Assembly: GCF_963921235.1 (NCBI RefSeq) | Contig: NC_086097.1 | Span: forward strand, 84,756,001 to 84,820,000 | Direction: 5' to 3' | DNA from: Mobula hypostoma | Lineage: Eukaryota | Length of the DNA: 64,000 nucleotides | Shown: one piece after another, positions 13,345 through 26,254 of the stretch | Layout of the letters: the number at the start of each line of letters is the position of its first letter | Position numbering within the stretch: position 1 is the first letter of the stretch | Translations under genes and position numbers: made by a program | The notes under the pieces: generated by a model | Databases searched by the model: none | What the model saw: only the letters and a program-made list of their open reading frames with translations | Told to the model about the DNA's origin: nothing

Positions 13345-14490
13345 CAGACACTGGTCCTAGACTCCCCCACTATAGAAAACAGCCTCTCTATCTAGGCCTT
13401 TCAATATTTGATGGGTTTCAATGAGATCTACCCCTCATTTTTCCAGACTCTCGTGAGTACTGGCCCAGAGCCATCAAACGATTCTAGTGCATTAACCCTT
13501 TCATTCCTGAATCATTCTTGTGAATTTCCTCTGGACCCTCTCCAATGCCAGCACATATTTTCCTAGATAAAGGCCCCAAAACTGCTCATGATACTCCCAG
13601 TGCAGCTTGACCAATGGCTTGTAAAGCCTCAACATCACATCCTTGCTTTTATATTCTAGTCCCCTTGAAATGAATGCTAGCATTGCATTTGGCTTCCTTA
13701 CCACTGACTCAACCTGCAAGTTAACATATAGGGAATCCTGCATTTGGACTCCCAAGACCGTTTGCAGCTTTGAGTTTTGAATTTTCTCCCTATTTAAAAT
13801 ATAGTTTAAGCCTGTATCCTTTCTTCTGAAGTGTATGACCATATAGTTCCCTACACTATATTCCATCTTCGACTTCTTTGTTATTCTCTTCCAATCTTTC
13901 AAAGTCCTTCCAAGGGCTCCCTGCTTCCTTCTGCAGACTACCTGCCACTCCACCTATCTTTGTACCATCTGCAAACTTAGCCACAATGCCATCAGTTCTG
14001 TCATCTAAATTATTGATATACAACGTGAAAAGGAGCAGTCCCCTCACTGACCCCTGCGGAGCTCCGCTAGTCACCAGTAGCCAACCAGAAAAGGCCCCCT
14101 TTATTCTGACTCTTTGCTTCCTGCCAGTCAGGCAATCTTCTATCCATGCAAGTATCTTTTTTGTAATACTATGAGCTCTAATCTTGTTAAGAAGCTTAAT
14201 AACAAGGCCTTCTGAATATCCAAGTATCCAACTTCTACTGACACTTCTTTTATCTATCCTGCCTGTTATTTCCTCAAAGAATTCCAACATATTTGTCAGG
14301 GAAGATTTCCCCTTAAGAAAACCATACTGACTTTGGCCTATTTTGTCATGTGCCTGCAAGTACCCAAAACTTCATCCTTGATAATAGACTCCAACATCTT
14401 CCCACCACTGAAGTCAGGCTAACTGGCTATGATTTCCTTTCTATTGCCTCCCTCCCTTCTTAAAGAGTGAAGTGACATTGCAATTTTCAC
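13345..14490 (-). mobile_element. CR1 LINE RT fragment
   Basis: ORF 13856..14359 (QYGFLKGKS..VTSGAPQGSV..KFADGTK) and 13501..13953. Confidence 0.85.
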
Positions 14491-17419
14491 AATATTTGTG
14501 GTCTTTTCTCACCTTTTTTTACATCTATTCACAAAGCTGGCAGAAATGTCCATGGAATATTGAGCCGCTGAAAGAAAAAGCCATTGGAAAATTATCCTAC
14601 AGTAAAGTTTGGATTTACCATTTTCTGCCCTGTCAGCAAAAAGGCATTGATTTTAAATGTTGGATTATGTAATATATTGCAAACAAAATCACTCCTGGCA
14701 AATCTGGCAAAGATTTACGAAGTACTCCATTGTCAATTTTATCTTCAAACATGAAGTGCGAACATTTCACGATTAATACTGGTCCCCTGCTGAAGAGTAG
14801 AGATTCACTTGAGGCCTGTTAATCAAGATTTACTTGGGGATATTCCTATGTTACATTGACTATCAAAAGATTGCTTGAATTTTGGGTCACTTGCTGTAAT
14901 GAACACATAGCAAAACCACAGAAGTTAGTGCAAACTGTACAAAGCTTTTGTTATGCTTCATCAGCTTCCACAAGGAAGTATTCTATTTCCATGGAGATGA
15001 ATCCATTTCATTCCTCTGTCATCAGCAGCCATGCATGTCACATAATGGCTCTTGCTGTTGTCCATAATACACAAAGGATAAAGTGAAGCAGAACAGCATG
15101 TCCGCTGAGAAATTATTTAATTTTATAAAGCACACTCAACCCAGACAAATCAGGCAGCTACTTATCTTTAATTTGCTCAAACAAGCAACTTGTGCGCTGT
15201 CTCAAAGAGATTATGTGAATGTGTAAGAAAGCCAGAAGCTGACATGCCATCTTATCTGCTGTGCCAGTCAGACAATAAGATCAAGTCCAGATGCTCCTCT
15301 TGCCTTTCTGCCTTGTGTTAAATGCATCACTTTATTCTCTGACGGAGAATTTTATCTTGCCATATCTGGTACAATTTCCAAGTTCTGATAGTGGTGGCTA
15401 TTATCCACTAACCTTGGGTTTGGATGATTGGATTCTTTTAACATATGACAAAGATGAGAACTTCAGCATGTTGGAAGAGGAGAAATGAAAAATAAGGAAC
15501 AAAGGCAGATGAAAGAAAGACAAAAAGATAATGCAAACTCCTTTAGTTTAATTTTTGAATAGGAAAGGACGCTAAGAAAAATATCTTTTTAAGAAAAGTT
15601 TAAACAACCTAAATTTGGCGGTGTTCTTGCCCTACGAGCTAGCCTGCAAGCGACCAGCTACCAAATAAAAGGTGCAGAACTGAGCTTTGATATAACTTGG
15701 ACTATCAATTGAATGATGAGTCTTCTTTGGTAACATGATCACCATACACTGTTTAACCCTGGCACACATTGCCGTGACTGATGAACAGAGCAGTGAATGG
15801 AAGTGGGTATAAAACGAATGTATATGTGAATATCGAAACACATACAGTGTGTAAAAGCATTGGAGTAAAAAATTTACACTCAAAACTCTCAAAGCTTTTT
15901 ATTTCAGAGATTGGTATCATCAGGGAAACTTAAAATCCTCCAAAAGAAACACTGAGACTTGTCAATTTCATGTAAACCTTTCATACTACAGCCACAGGAT
16001 TCATAATAGAATCACAGCCCACCAATTCCTTTCTCCATCCAATGAGGTCATGATTGATTGTCATCAGTGAGTTCCACTTCCTGCCCTATCCTTAATGTAT
16101 TTAGTAACTGGGCATCCACTGCCCTTGGAGCTGGACACATAAAGATCTTCAAATTTCTGAAAGAAACGATTGCCCTTCACCCGAAGGATATAATGTGTAG
16201 CTTTCATCTCTACAGTTCTGGCAAAACGCATTTTGTCACATATTTTAGGCATTTCAAGATTTGTCACTTTCCTCTTAGCTCCGGAGTGCATAGCCTATTC
16301 TTCTCGTGCTTCCCTCCTGGACAACCGTTTCATCCAGGAACTATATAGTGAATCATTGTTGCATGCACTTTAAAAGGCTTGCAGCGTTGCCTTTACCACT
16401 AAACAGTAAGGAATAAAGAACTGGTGGACAAATATTACACTTTCTTTCTTGTCTTTTCTTGTTTAATAATGTGTCACATACTTAAAAAGTCTATTTGGCC
16501 CATTGAGCCTGTACAATGGGTGCTGCATTATAAGTTGGGGGTGGATGTGATCCTGCCCACAATGAGCCCCAGCTATAACCACCGCCACTTGTGTTCAACT
16601 TGAAACACTCACAACTGTAGCCTGTCTCCTAATGTTAAGATATTATGTGAATAATCTTAATTTGGATGCAACACAAGACAGGTGCAAAGGAAAATGCATG
16701 TCTAGTGTGATTGTATTAAAATATCAATATCAATGACATTGTATTTATGTGGTGTATTTTAATTAAGAAAAGCTTCCAAAGGCACTTCACTGGAGAGTTA
16801 TTAGATAAAATTTGACATTAAGATGCAAGTTCTAGTATCAGATACTAAAAAATCTTGATCAAAAGCGTATTTAAAGAGCTAGGTTGCAGTGAGTGACTTA
16901 AGGAGGCAAGGCGCAGAGGGCTGGTTAGAATTCCAGAGTTTGGGGCCTGGGTGTGGCTGTCAATAGCTGAGTGATGGCCTCAGGGAAAGTGGATGATGTG
17001 GTTATTTGGGGAGCAGGGGGATTTGGGATTGTCGAGGTGGATTTGGAAGGATAGATTTAGTTACAGAGAAAGGAAAGGTTAAGCATTCAAAGTGAGTAAG
17101 ATTGCAAAGGTGAAAGGTATTGAACTGGTTTATTATTGTATTGTGGATAAACTTTGTTTTGCATGCTATCCATTCAGATAATTTCATCACAACCGTATGG
17201 TGAGGTAGTACAGGGGAAAAGCAATAAAAGAATTCAGAATATAATGTAACCATTATAAAGAAAGTACAATACAGGCAAACAATCAGGTGCAAGTCCAATA
17301 CAAGCTAGATTGTTATGTCAAAGTAATGTATCATGCATCATGTTCCAATGAAATCTATGCAAGTAATGTAATATAAAGGGAACACTGAAAAATATCAGTC
17401 TGAGGCGCTCTCAAAGATG

Positions 17420-18146
17420 TAGTGGAGTCTAGTTAATTGGGACACCTTGGGACCAGTACATTTTGGCCCAATTAAGCGGCTGCCTCAATTAGCTGAAGTT
17501 TCAAGGAAATAGCTAAAAAGGTAAGAAAAGTCAAACTACCATTTAACCGAATTACAAATTATGTATCTCATGAAATTATGAAAAAATCAGAATTCTACTA
17601 GAGTACTATAAAACTGTGTATCGTTACTAATCATTATCAAAGGAGGAATTCATCCCTCATAGACCCCTAGTGCAGATAATAGACTGCCTTCATACAATCT
17701 TCTCGACGATTGCATCCTCCAAATCTTCATTTTCATTGCAACATTCAAGATGGTTGTTGATACCTTCAAATTCTTTGTAGTTCCTAACTTGTTGAAGTAA
17801 AATTGTTTCATTTTCACTCCGGGTTGTTTCTGGCATCTCCAAGTCTGAATGCTTGAAACCACAGTGAGCAATACGGTTCTGAAGTGTTTTACTGCACATT
17901 TCTCACCAATTATCAGTGACAAAAATCACCGATTTTTGAACACAAACACATGCAACTGACACTACTGTTCACTCTAAAAACAAGTACATGCATCAGACAG
18001 TCTCCTGTCCCGATTAAGCAGAAGAGTGTCCCAAATGAATGAAAGGAATCCAGGCTATTTTCTCGATTAGGTTTTGGTCTCTAAGAATTGTCCAAAAAAA
18101 GCAGCTGCCCTTATTAGTAGAGAGCCCAGTTAACCAGAATCCACTG
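17420..18146 (-). mobile_element. Tigger/pogo-like non-autonomous DNA transposon, copy 1
   Basis: TIRs agtggagtctagttaattggg / cccagttaaccagaatccactg; internal sequence homologous to the copies at 23794 and 59244. Confidence 0.75.
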
Positions 18147-19014
18147 CAAATCTTTGAAACCTAGACTTTACTGGTAAGATGTCATGGAAACATTTTCTAG
18201 CATTAGCTTTAAGGAAAAGAGGAGCAAAGTCCACCATCTTGGCCATTGGAACTCTGCTGAGTTCATTCATGACTGAAGCCTGATGTTGAGACACAGGGTC
18301 TGATATTCTTGCCCAAACTCCCGAGGTCCCCATAATCTCAGTCCCCAAAGAAGTTGGGCTGTGTGCAGCCGACACTTATATTGTCTGGATGGGGCCACTC
18401 TGCCTAATCCTTCTCTCACCTCGTTAGCATAATTTAACATTAGGGTGTAAGTATCATTGGGAAGAAATGGTTGAATTGAACAGCTCTAAGCAGTTTTCCT
18501 TGCACTTTATTTGTTCCCCAATGATACTAAGTTAGCTAGGACTGCCATTTTCAACGTCGTGGACAGTGTAGATCTTGATTCTGTCAGTTCTTATCACTGC
18601 CAACTCTTCCTATCAGCCTCAATGTGTTTTGCTTGACTTATTTGTAAACATAACCAGGATAAACATAATATCTGAACAAACCTGCTCCACTGGGGATTCT
18701 GACAACTCAGTTAAGAAAGTGCAGATGTGTTAAGTGTCTTGTTAAGTGATTCAGAATCCATTATCTCAGTACTTGGTGTCACTACTTCAGAAGACAGACT
18801 TTCTCCAAAACCATCCCTCTCCAAGATCAGATCTTTGCATTGAGGCAAGGAGCCCACGTTGCAGATGGAGTGGCAGACCTTAGGGAAGCTTGTGAAAAGG
18901 CAGGGCAAATGATATTTAACAACAGCTTCGGTCACTCAACCCTGAGTAACCCGAACAGTAGGTGTGGATGGACTACATCTTCCAGTCAGTAACTTCTTAG
19001 TGATGCAACATGGA

Positions 19015-19220
19015 AGGCACAGTACTACAATTAGTGGAGTTAAGGCTTCATTGTGCTGGAGACTTGGTTCAATCCAGACCTTGGGTCCTAATTGTGCGGA
19101 ATTGCCATTTTCTCCCTCTGATCACTTGAGTTTCCTGTGGGTGCTCCAATTTCCTCCCATGACCCAAAAATCTGTGACTTAGTGGGTTAATTGGTCACTG
19201 TAAATTGTCCTTAATGTGTT
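19015..19220 (+). mobile_element. V-SINE remnant
   Basis: B-box-like ggttcaatcc; V-domain-like gagtttcctgtgggtgctccaatttcctcccat; ggttaattggtcactgtaaattgtcc. Confidence 0.6.
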
Positions 19221-19289
19221 GGAGTGACACCTTGGCACCTCAAAATACTTATCACCAGCACCAGATTCTACAAATGCTAAAACTCCAGA

Positions 19290-19410
19290 GTAACATGCAC
19301 AAAATGCTGGAGGAAGTCAGCAGGTCTGGCAGCATCTATGGGGAGGAATGAAAAGTCAACAATTTGGCCCAAGACCCATCATGAATTCCTCCAGCATTTT
19401 GTGTGTGTTC
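19290..19410. mobile_element. Palindromic Penelope-derived mini element
   Basis: cacaaaatgctggagga and tcctccagcattttgtg inverted arms around a decayed hammerhead remnant. Confidence 0.65.
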
Positions 19411-19682
19411 CACTGATGCCATCAGGTTGATTACACAGCTAATTGCAATAGAGAGTTCTCAATATTATTGTGCTAAAAGTAAAAAAGAAACAATTCATAA
19501 GGTATTTTTGAAATACCTTAAATAATAATGGAAATTGTGATCACAGTAGAAACTGAAATATACACATTTAAAATATGGATTTTATGATTTCAAGATTCAA
19601 GGGAATTACAGTTGACACAAAGTCAAAATTGAATTTATTGCTATCTGCACAAGTACATGTATTCACAGGTAGATTGAAAAAC

Positions 19683-20330
19683 TCAGTCAGAACCAGAATC
19701 AGGTTTAATATCACCGACATATGTCGTGAAATTTGTTGACTTTATGGCAGCAGTACAATGCAATAATGAAAATAGAAAAAAGAATTGTGAAGTACAGTAA
19801 ATGTATATATTAGTTAAATTAAATAAGCAGTGCAAAAATAAAAAAAGTGGTGAGATCGTGTTCATGGGTTCAATGTCCATTCAGAAATCGGACGGCAGAG
19901 GGGAAGAAGCTGTTCCTGAATTATTGGGTGTGTGCCTTCAGGCTTCTGTACCTCCTTTCTGATGGTAGCAATGAGAAAGAGGCATGACCTGGGTGATAGG
20001 GGTCCTTAATGATGGATGCCATCTTTTTGAGGCATCGCTCCTTGAAGGTGTCCTGGGTAGTATGGAGGATAGTGCCCATGATGGAGCCGTCTAAGTTTAC
20101 AATTCTGTCGTTTAGTTTAGCCCTCCTCCTCCCCCTGCTGCACCAGATGGTGATGTAGCCGGTTAGAATGCTCTCAGTAGTATATCTGTAGAAATTTGTG
20201 AGTGTTTTTGGTGACATACCAAATCTCCTCAAAAACCTCATGAAATATAGCTGTTGTTGTGCCTTCTTTGTAGTGTATCGATATGTAGGATCCAGGTTAG
20301 ATCCTTAGAGACATTGATACCCAGGAACGT
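19683..20330 (-). mobile_element. Rex1/Babar-type LINE 3' end
   Basis: ORF 19921..20241 (LRRFGMSPKTLTNFYR..ESILT..DPYHPGH..LLPSERRYRS); 3' end taaacctgattctg. Confidence 0.85.
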
Positions 20331-20427
20331 AATCATGGGTACCTGGCATCAGATACACAACTTTCACAAGAAAACCATAAATTAAACATTAAATTATACA
20401 AGAAAGAGCACAATCTTGGATGACACA

Positions 20428-21268
20428 AGATTCAGGGTTTAGTGAACAGTAAGAGGGGCTATCATAGCTTGTAGTGGGATCTAGGTCAGCTGGAAAAATG
20501 GGCTGAAAGATGGCAGTTGGAATTTAATGCAGACATTAAGTGTGACATGTTGCACTTTGGGAAGATAGGACCTGCAGAATAAATGGTAAGAAACTGATGT
20601 GTGCAGTAGAACAGAGGGATCTGGGAATACAGATCCATAAGTCCTTGGAAGTGGCATCACCGGTAGATAGGTTCATAAAGAGAGGCTTTCATAAATCAAA
20701 GCAACAAGCACAGAAAGTATTGGAATGTTATGTTGAAGTTGTATAAGACATTGGTGAAGCCAAACTTGGACTACTGTGTGCAGTTCTGATCACCTACTTA
20801 TCGGAAAGATAGCAATAAGATTAAAGGAGTACAGAGAAAATTTACGAGGATGTTGCCAGGACTTGAGAACATGAGTTATAGGGAAATGTTTAATAGGTTA
20901 AGACTTAATTCCCTGGACTGTAGGAGAATGAGGGGAAATTTTGATAGAGGTGTACAATATTATAAGAGGTGTATATAGGGTAAATGCAAGCAGGCTTTTT
21001 CCACTGAAGTTAGGTGAGACCAGAACTAGATATCATAGGTTAAGGGTGAAAGGTGAAATATTTAAGGGGAATCTGAGGGGGATCTTCTTCACTAAGAGGG
21101 TGATGTGTGTGTGGACAGGCTGCCAGCAGAGGTAGTGGGTGTGTGTTCATTTTTGAAATTTAAAAGAAATTTGGATAAGTATATGGATGGCAGGGGTATG
21201 GAGGGCTATGGTCTGACACAGATTAGGTGGTCGAAGAGCCTGACTCTGTACAGTGGCACTCTATGACA
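20428..21268 (+). mobile_element. CR1 LINE 3' fragment
   Basis: LYKTLVKPNLDYCVQF-like region, ORF 20941..21135 (IEVYNIIRG..RVNASRLFP) and a CR1 tail. Confidence 0.8.
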
Positions 21269-21379
21269 CCAGAACAAAAAAAAAGTTCATTGTAGCACAA
21301 AGGGGTTCAAACTAAACATCCGAGGGAAGTAGCTGTTCCTGAATCTGCTGGTGTGGAGCTTCAGGCTTCTGTGTCTGCT

Positions 21380-22040
21380 AAACATGAGAGATTCTGTAGA
21401 TGCTGGAAATCCAAATCAACACAGACAAAATGCTGGAGGAACTCGGCAGGTCAGGCAGCATCTGTGGAAATGGATAAACCATCGGCGTTTCAGGCGGAGA
21501 CCCTTCTTCAGGACTGAAAAGGCAGGGGGAAGATGCTAGAATAAAAAGGTGGGGGAGGGTAAGAAGGATAGCTGGGAGGTGATAGGTGAAGCCAGGTGGG
21601 TTGGAAAGGTAAAGGGTTGGAGAAGGGAATTTTTAAATTTTACTAGATGGGGAAATTGATATTTATGCCATCAGGTTGGAGGGTACCCAGACGCAATATA
21701 AAATGTTGTTCCACCACCATCTTGGCATAAGAGGTGGCCATGGACTGACATGTTGGAATGGAAATGGGAATTAAAATGTTTGGCCACTGGGAAGTCCTGC
21801 TTGTGGTGGACGGTGCCGAGGAGCTCGCCAAAATGGTCACCGAGTTTACAGCGGGTCTCACCAATGTAGAGGAGGCTGCACTGGGAGCACCGGACACAAT
21901 GGACAACCCCAGCAGATTCTCAGGTAAATGCTTCCTCACCTGCACGGGCTGTTTGGACCCTGAATGGGGGTGAGGGAGGAGGTGAATGGGTAGGTGTAGC
22001 ACTTAGGCTGCTTGCAAGGATAGGTGCTGGGAGGGAGATA
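21380..22040 (-). mobile_element. Penelope-like element 3' part (GIY-YIG remnant + pseudo-LTR with hammerhead motif)
   Basis: Minus frame HCVRCSQCSLLYIGET...VAKHFNS; hammerhead-like cagtcCTGAAGAagggtctccgcctGAAACGCC at ~21483-21516. Confidence 0.8.
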
Positions 22041-22044
22041 AGTG

Positions 22045-22800
22045 TACCACCTGTGTCTCCTGCCTGATGGTAGTTGCAGGAGGATGGCATTACCCTGGTG
22101 GTGGGGACGTTGCCTTGAAGCAACACCTCAGCCGATACTCCCAATGGAGGAGAGAGATGTGCCAATGATGTATCGGGCTGAGTCAACTAGACTCTGCAGC
22201 TTCTTATAATTTTGCATTTCTGAATTGCTGTACCAGGTCATGATACAACCCATCAGTACATCTGCACTGGCTTAGCCTCCTAAGAAAGCAGAGGCATGGG
22301 TGTGGTTTCCTTGTGACTGCATCTATATGCCGGGCCCAGGACAGGTCATCTGACATGTTAACAGCCAGGAATGTAAAGCTGTTCACTCTCTCCACTGCTG
22401 ATCCACCAAAGTAGGCTGACACAAGTTCTCCCTTGTTCCTCTTCCCGAAATCATCAACCACTCTTTACTTTTACTGATGTTGAATGAAAATTTTTTATTG
22501 TGACCACCAAGTGTCCTATGTGGCTCCTTTAGGCTGACTTATTCTCTGTGATTCATCTAACAACAACGGTGTTGTCAGAGGATTTGCACATGGCATTGGA
22601 GCTTTGCTTAGCCACACAGTTGTGTGCATATAGGGTATTGATTGTCGGACAAAGCACCCGTCCTTGAGGTGCATCCCCTGTGTTAATGGTCAGTGAGGAG
22701 GAGATAGTATCAGTTCATGATTACTAGTGTTGTTCCTGACGAGGAAGTCTAGGATCCAGTTGTACAGAGAGAAGTAGAGCCCTGGGTCATGAAGACTGAC
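22045..22800 (-). mobile_element. Rex1/Babar-type LINE fragment
   Basis: ORF 22204..22461 (VERVNSFTFLAVNMSDDLSWARHID..FLRRL); GCTSRTGA resembles the RT GAPQG region. Confidence 0.7.
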
Positions 22801-23859
22801 TATCAGTTTGGAGCACTTTATGGTTAGTTTGTTAAGCGCAGCTTAGAATACCACTAAATCATTGGAGAAAGTTGCAAAACTGCACACTCCTCGGAGGAAC
22901 AAGGACTCACTGAGAGCACTCGGCATAATTTTGTTTTTGTATGTTGTACAAGTTGCTGGTGTCAGTTTCAAAGTAAAATGGTGGAACACAACATTTTTCA
23001 CCATAACAATTGAAAAATCTGAGCAAATACCTATCTCCTATCTCATATTAAGTTTGTCAAACAGGTAGACATTATTGATGATCCAACATTTTCCTCTCAT
23101 TTGTTTAAATAAAAGAACCAATTGCACTCATCAAAAGGAAATGCATGCTTATTACTAAGATAAACCTTGCATGTTATTTATTCCCTGATTTCCAGCTTAG
23201 GGGCTGTACAATAGAACCATTTTAATTTTTATCACACAAGTCCATAGGATTTTTCTTAAGGTCTGGGAATCATATTCCATTATCTATCTAATTATTGGCA
23301 CCAGAGATAATAAGTGAGTTTTAACATTTCTTTTTATGTTAACGACAATAGGAGTGTCAACTACATGAAAGCTTCATCATGGATATTTGGATACAAATGG
23401 CCAGCAAAGGAGTGATTTGACTTTGGTGTAGATCGCCAGTTGAGAATAGGCTTTTAACCAAGCAGGTAATAATGTAAAGGAAATGTTATTAATGTAAAAG
23501 AAAGAGGGAGTACAAAGATTTCTGCTCTCTGGCAGGTGCAACAGAAAACAATGCACTACGGTTGAAGACTATGATTTTGGAAATGATCTGTGATGTTCTG
23601 ACCCATTTTGTTTAGATCAAGCGAGCGCGCTCCCTGGAAAGTATGGCAAATGAAACAGAATCTACCTGTCTTTCTGTGGGTTGCTGTTGAACATAAACCA
23701 GGGATGAATGCAAAAAAGGTATATTCCTGTACTGTGCTTAATGTCACTTTATGTGCATGCAGTCAGTTAATGTATATAAGGTGACCTTACGTAGAGTGGA
23801 TTCCGGTTAATTGGGCAATTGGTTAGCCACTTATTTGGGGCAACTCTTATAGTACAAAT

Positions 23860-24411
23860 GTTGTTTGTCCATCATTGATGTCGATGAGGACCTCGACACC
23901 ATTATGATGGTGTCGAGACTAGCACGTGATTTGGATTTAAGTGAGGGAGAGTTGCGCAGCGTCAGCCTCACTCTCTCTTCCCAATTCCCATCTGGATCCA
24001 GTGGCAAGACAGAATCTAGACGGCTGGAGATGGAACTAGGTGCGGTGGATGACCAGGACATCTTCTGTGTCTTGTCCTGCTCTACACGTTCCACGACGCT
24101 TGCAGAGACCGCCTTCTTGACCGTTGGACCTTCCATTGGTCTTGTCCGCTCAATCCGCCGGAGTCTGTCTTCACATGCTGGGATAGACAACTCCCTATCT
24201 CACCGAGGGTCTGAGACCTGTCGGCTACTCTCACCTGGTTTAGCCGGCTTGTCAAAGCCGTTGCCCGGGGTGTGGCTGCTGTCGCATGCAAACAGCTACG
24301 GGGAGCCACAGGTGAGAGCTGAGTGCCAGGTGGGGACCAAAGGTGGACTAACCGCCCTGAAAAGGACGCGACATGTTCCCCACCAGAGGTGCTACCCCTC
24401 CCTGACACCCC
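23860..24411 (-). mobile_element. Full-length non-autonomous RTE-related retroelement (bipartite, SINE-like)
   Basis: TSD tat(a/g)gtacaaat at 23848-59 and 24412-23; 3' end catcgacatcaatgatggacaaacaac resembles the RTE 3' end catcggatttcgatggacaaccg. Confidence 0.8.
24228..24411 (-). ncRNA. HDV-like self-cleaving ribozyme with an extended L3
   Basis: P1 GGGGUGU (24411-05)/ACACCCC (24273-67); P2 CUCUCACCUG/CAGGUGAGAG; P3 GGC/GCC; L3 UCCCCGUA plus hairpin; GGGCAAC; P4 CGGCUU-ugac-AAGCCG; GCUAA with C at 24243. Confidence 0.85.
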
Positions 24412-26254
24412 TATGGTACAAATACTATAGCCGGGATTCCCTTCATTTATTTGGGATACTGTGTTGCTTAATTGGGGCAGGAGTCTGTTGTCAAACAATC
24501 TCTGACTAACATCAGATGTGTGCACTTGTGTGGCCTTCAGACACTACACCGAGCTTACAGCGAGCAGTTTTTAAAATAGCATCACTTGCATGTGATTGCG
24601 TTCAAAAGCAGTGATTTTTGCCACCGATAGTTGGTGGGAAATAAGCAGTAAGAAAATTTAGAACTATATTGCTCACTGTGCTTTCAAGCATTCGGGCTTG
24701 GAGATGTCAGAAACGGCCAGGAATTGAAATGAAACAATTTCACTTCTTCAGCAGGTTAGAAACTATGAAGGATTTGAAGGTTTTGAATCATCTTGAATAT
24801 TACAATGAAAATAAAGATTTGGAGGATGTAATCATCAATAGCATTGTATGAAGCAGTCCATTGCCTACACTAAGTGTCTGCACTGATTTTGTTCAATCAC
24901 AGTCAATGAAAAGAACACAGCAGCGTACAGGTACACTGGATGAATTCTACCGTTGATAACACTTAGGAACTAATACACAGTTTTATATTAACTGTAAAAG
25001 TTTTGATAGTGTTCTAATATGTTCTGTATTTCATTTAAACACTTAATTTGTTACTCTGTTGAATGGCAGTTTGTCATTTTTATACTTTTTTGACTGGTCC
25101 CATGAAACTTACAGGAGCAGCTGCTTAACTGGGCCAAAATATACTGGTCTTGATACGTCCCAATTAACTGGAATCCACTGTATTTATATTTATTGTGTTT
25201 TTTATCTGATTGTGTTCTTTTTTACTGCATCGTATCTGAGGTACAAGCATTTCGTTTTCCTTTACACTTGTGTACTGAACAGTAAAAGAGGATGATAAAG
25301 TTTTTCTTTCAGATGTATAAAGACTAACAGAGGGGTGAGAGTGGATTCTGGTCTGCTAGAAGGTGACACTGGAGAGACAAAGAAATGGTGGATGAACTTC
25401 AGTATTTTGCATCAGTCTTCACTGTGGAAGATGCTCGCAAGTATGCCAGAAATTTTAGAATGCCGGGGGGCAGGAGTAAGTGTAGGTGCTATTACGGAAG
25501 AGAAGGTGCCTAGGAAGCTGAAAAGTCTGAAGATAGATAAGTCACCTGGACCAGATGAACTGCACCCAGGATTCTGAAAGGTAGCTGAAGAGATTGTGGA
25601 GACATTAGTGATGGTCTTTCAAGAATCATTAGATTTGGGAAAGATTCCGGAGAACTGGAAAATTGCTAATTTTTACTATTTTACAATTGCTAAATTGCTA
25701 ATTGCTAATCTTTAAGAAGGGAGGGAGGGAGGGAGAAGAAAGGAAATTATAGGCCAGTAATTTGACTTGAGTGATTGGAAAGCTGTTAAAGTCCATTATT
25801 AAGGCTGAGGTCTCAGAGTCCTTGGAGGCACATGATAAAATAGGCCAAAGTCAGAATAGTTCCTTAAGGATCCTTGCCTGACAAATCTTTTAGAGTTCTT
25901 TGGGGGAACTATCACGCAGGACAGACAAAGGAGAGTCAATGGATGCTACTGACTTGGATTTTCAGAAGGCCTTTGACAAGGTGCCACACATGAGGCTGTT
26001 AGACAAGATAAGACCCCATGGTATTACAGGAAAGATACTAGCATGGATAGAAGATTGGGTGACTGGGAGGAGTGGGAATAAAAGGAGCCTTTTCTGGTTG
26101 GCTGCTGGTGGGTACTGGTGTTCCACAGGTGTTTGGACCGCTTCATTTCTCATTATATGTCAAAGATTTGGATGAAGGAATTGATGGCTTTGTGGCCAAG
26201 TTTGAGGATGATACGACGATAGGTGGAGGGACAGGTAGTGTTGAGGAAGCAGGG

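Larger units (their letters stand above)
23794..25180 (+). mobile_element. Tigger/pogo-like non-autonomous DNA transposon, copy 2 (interrupted)
   Basis: TIRs gagtggattccggttaattggg / cccaattaactggaatccactg, with TA on both sides. Confidence 0.8.

Noticed and set aside
23865..24509. 214-aa ORF and overlapping antisense ORFs
   Set aside because: They lie in a GC-rich non-autonomous retroelement, show no recognisable domain and cross the TSD boundary
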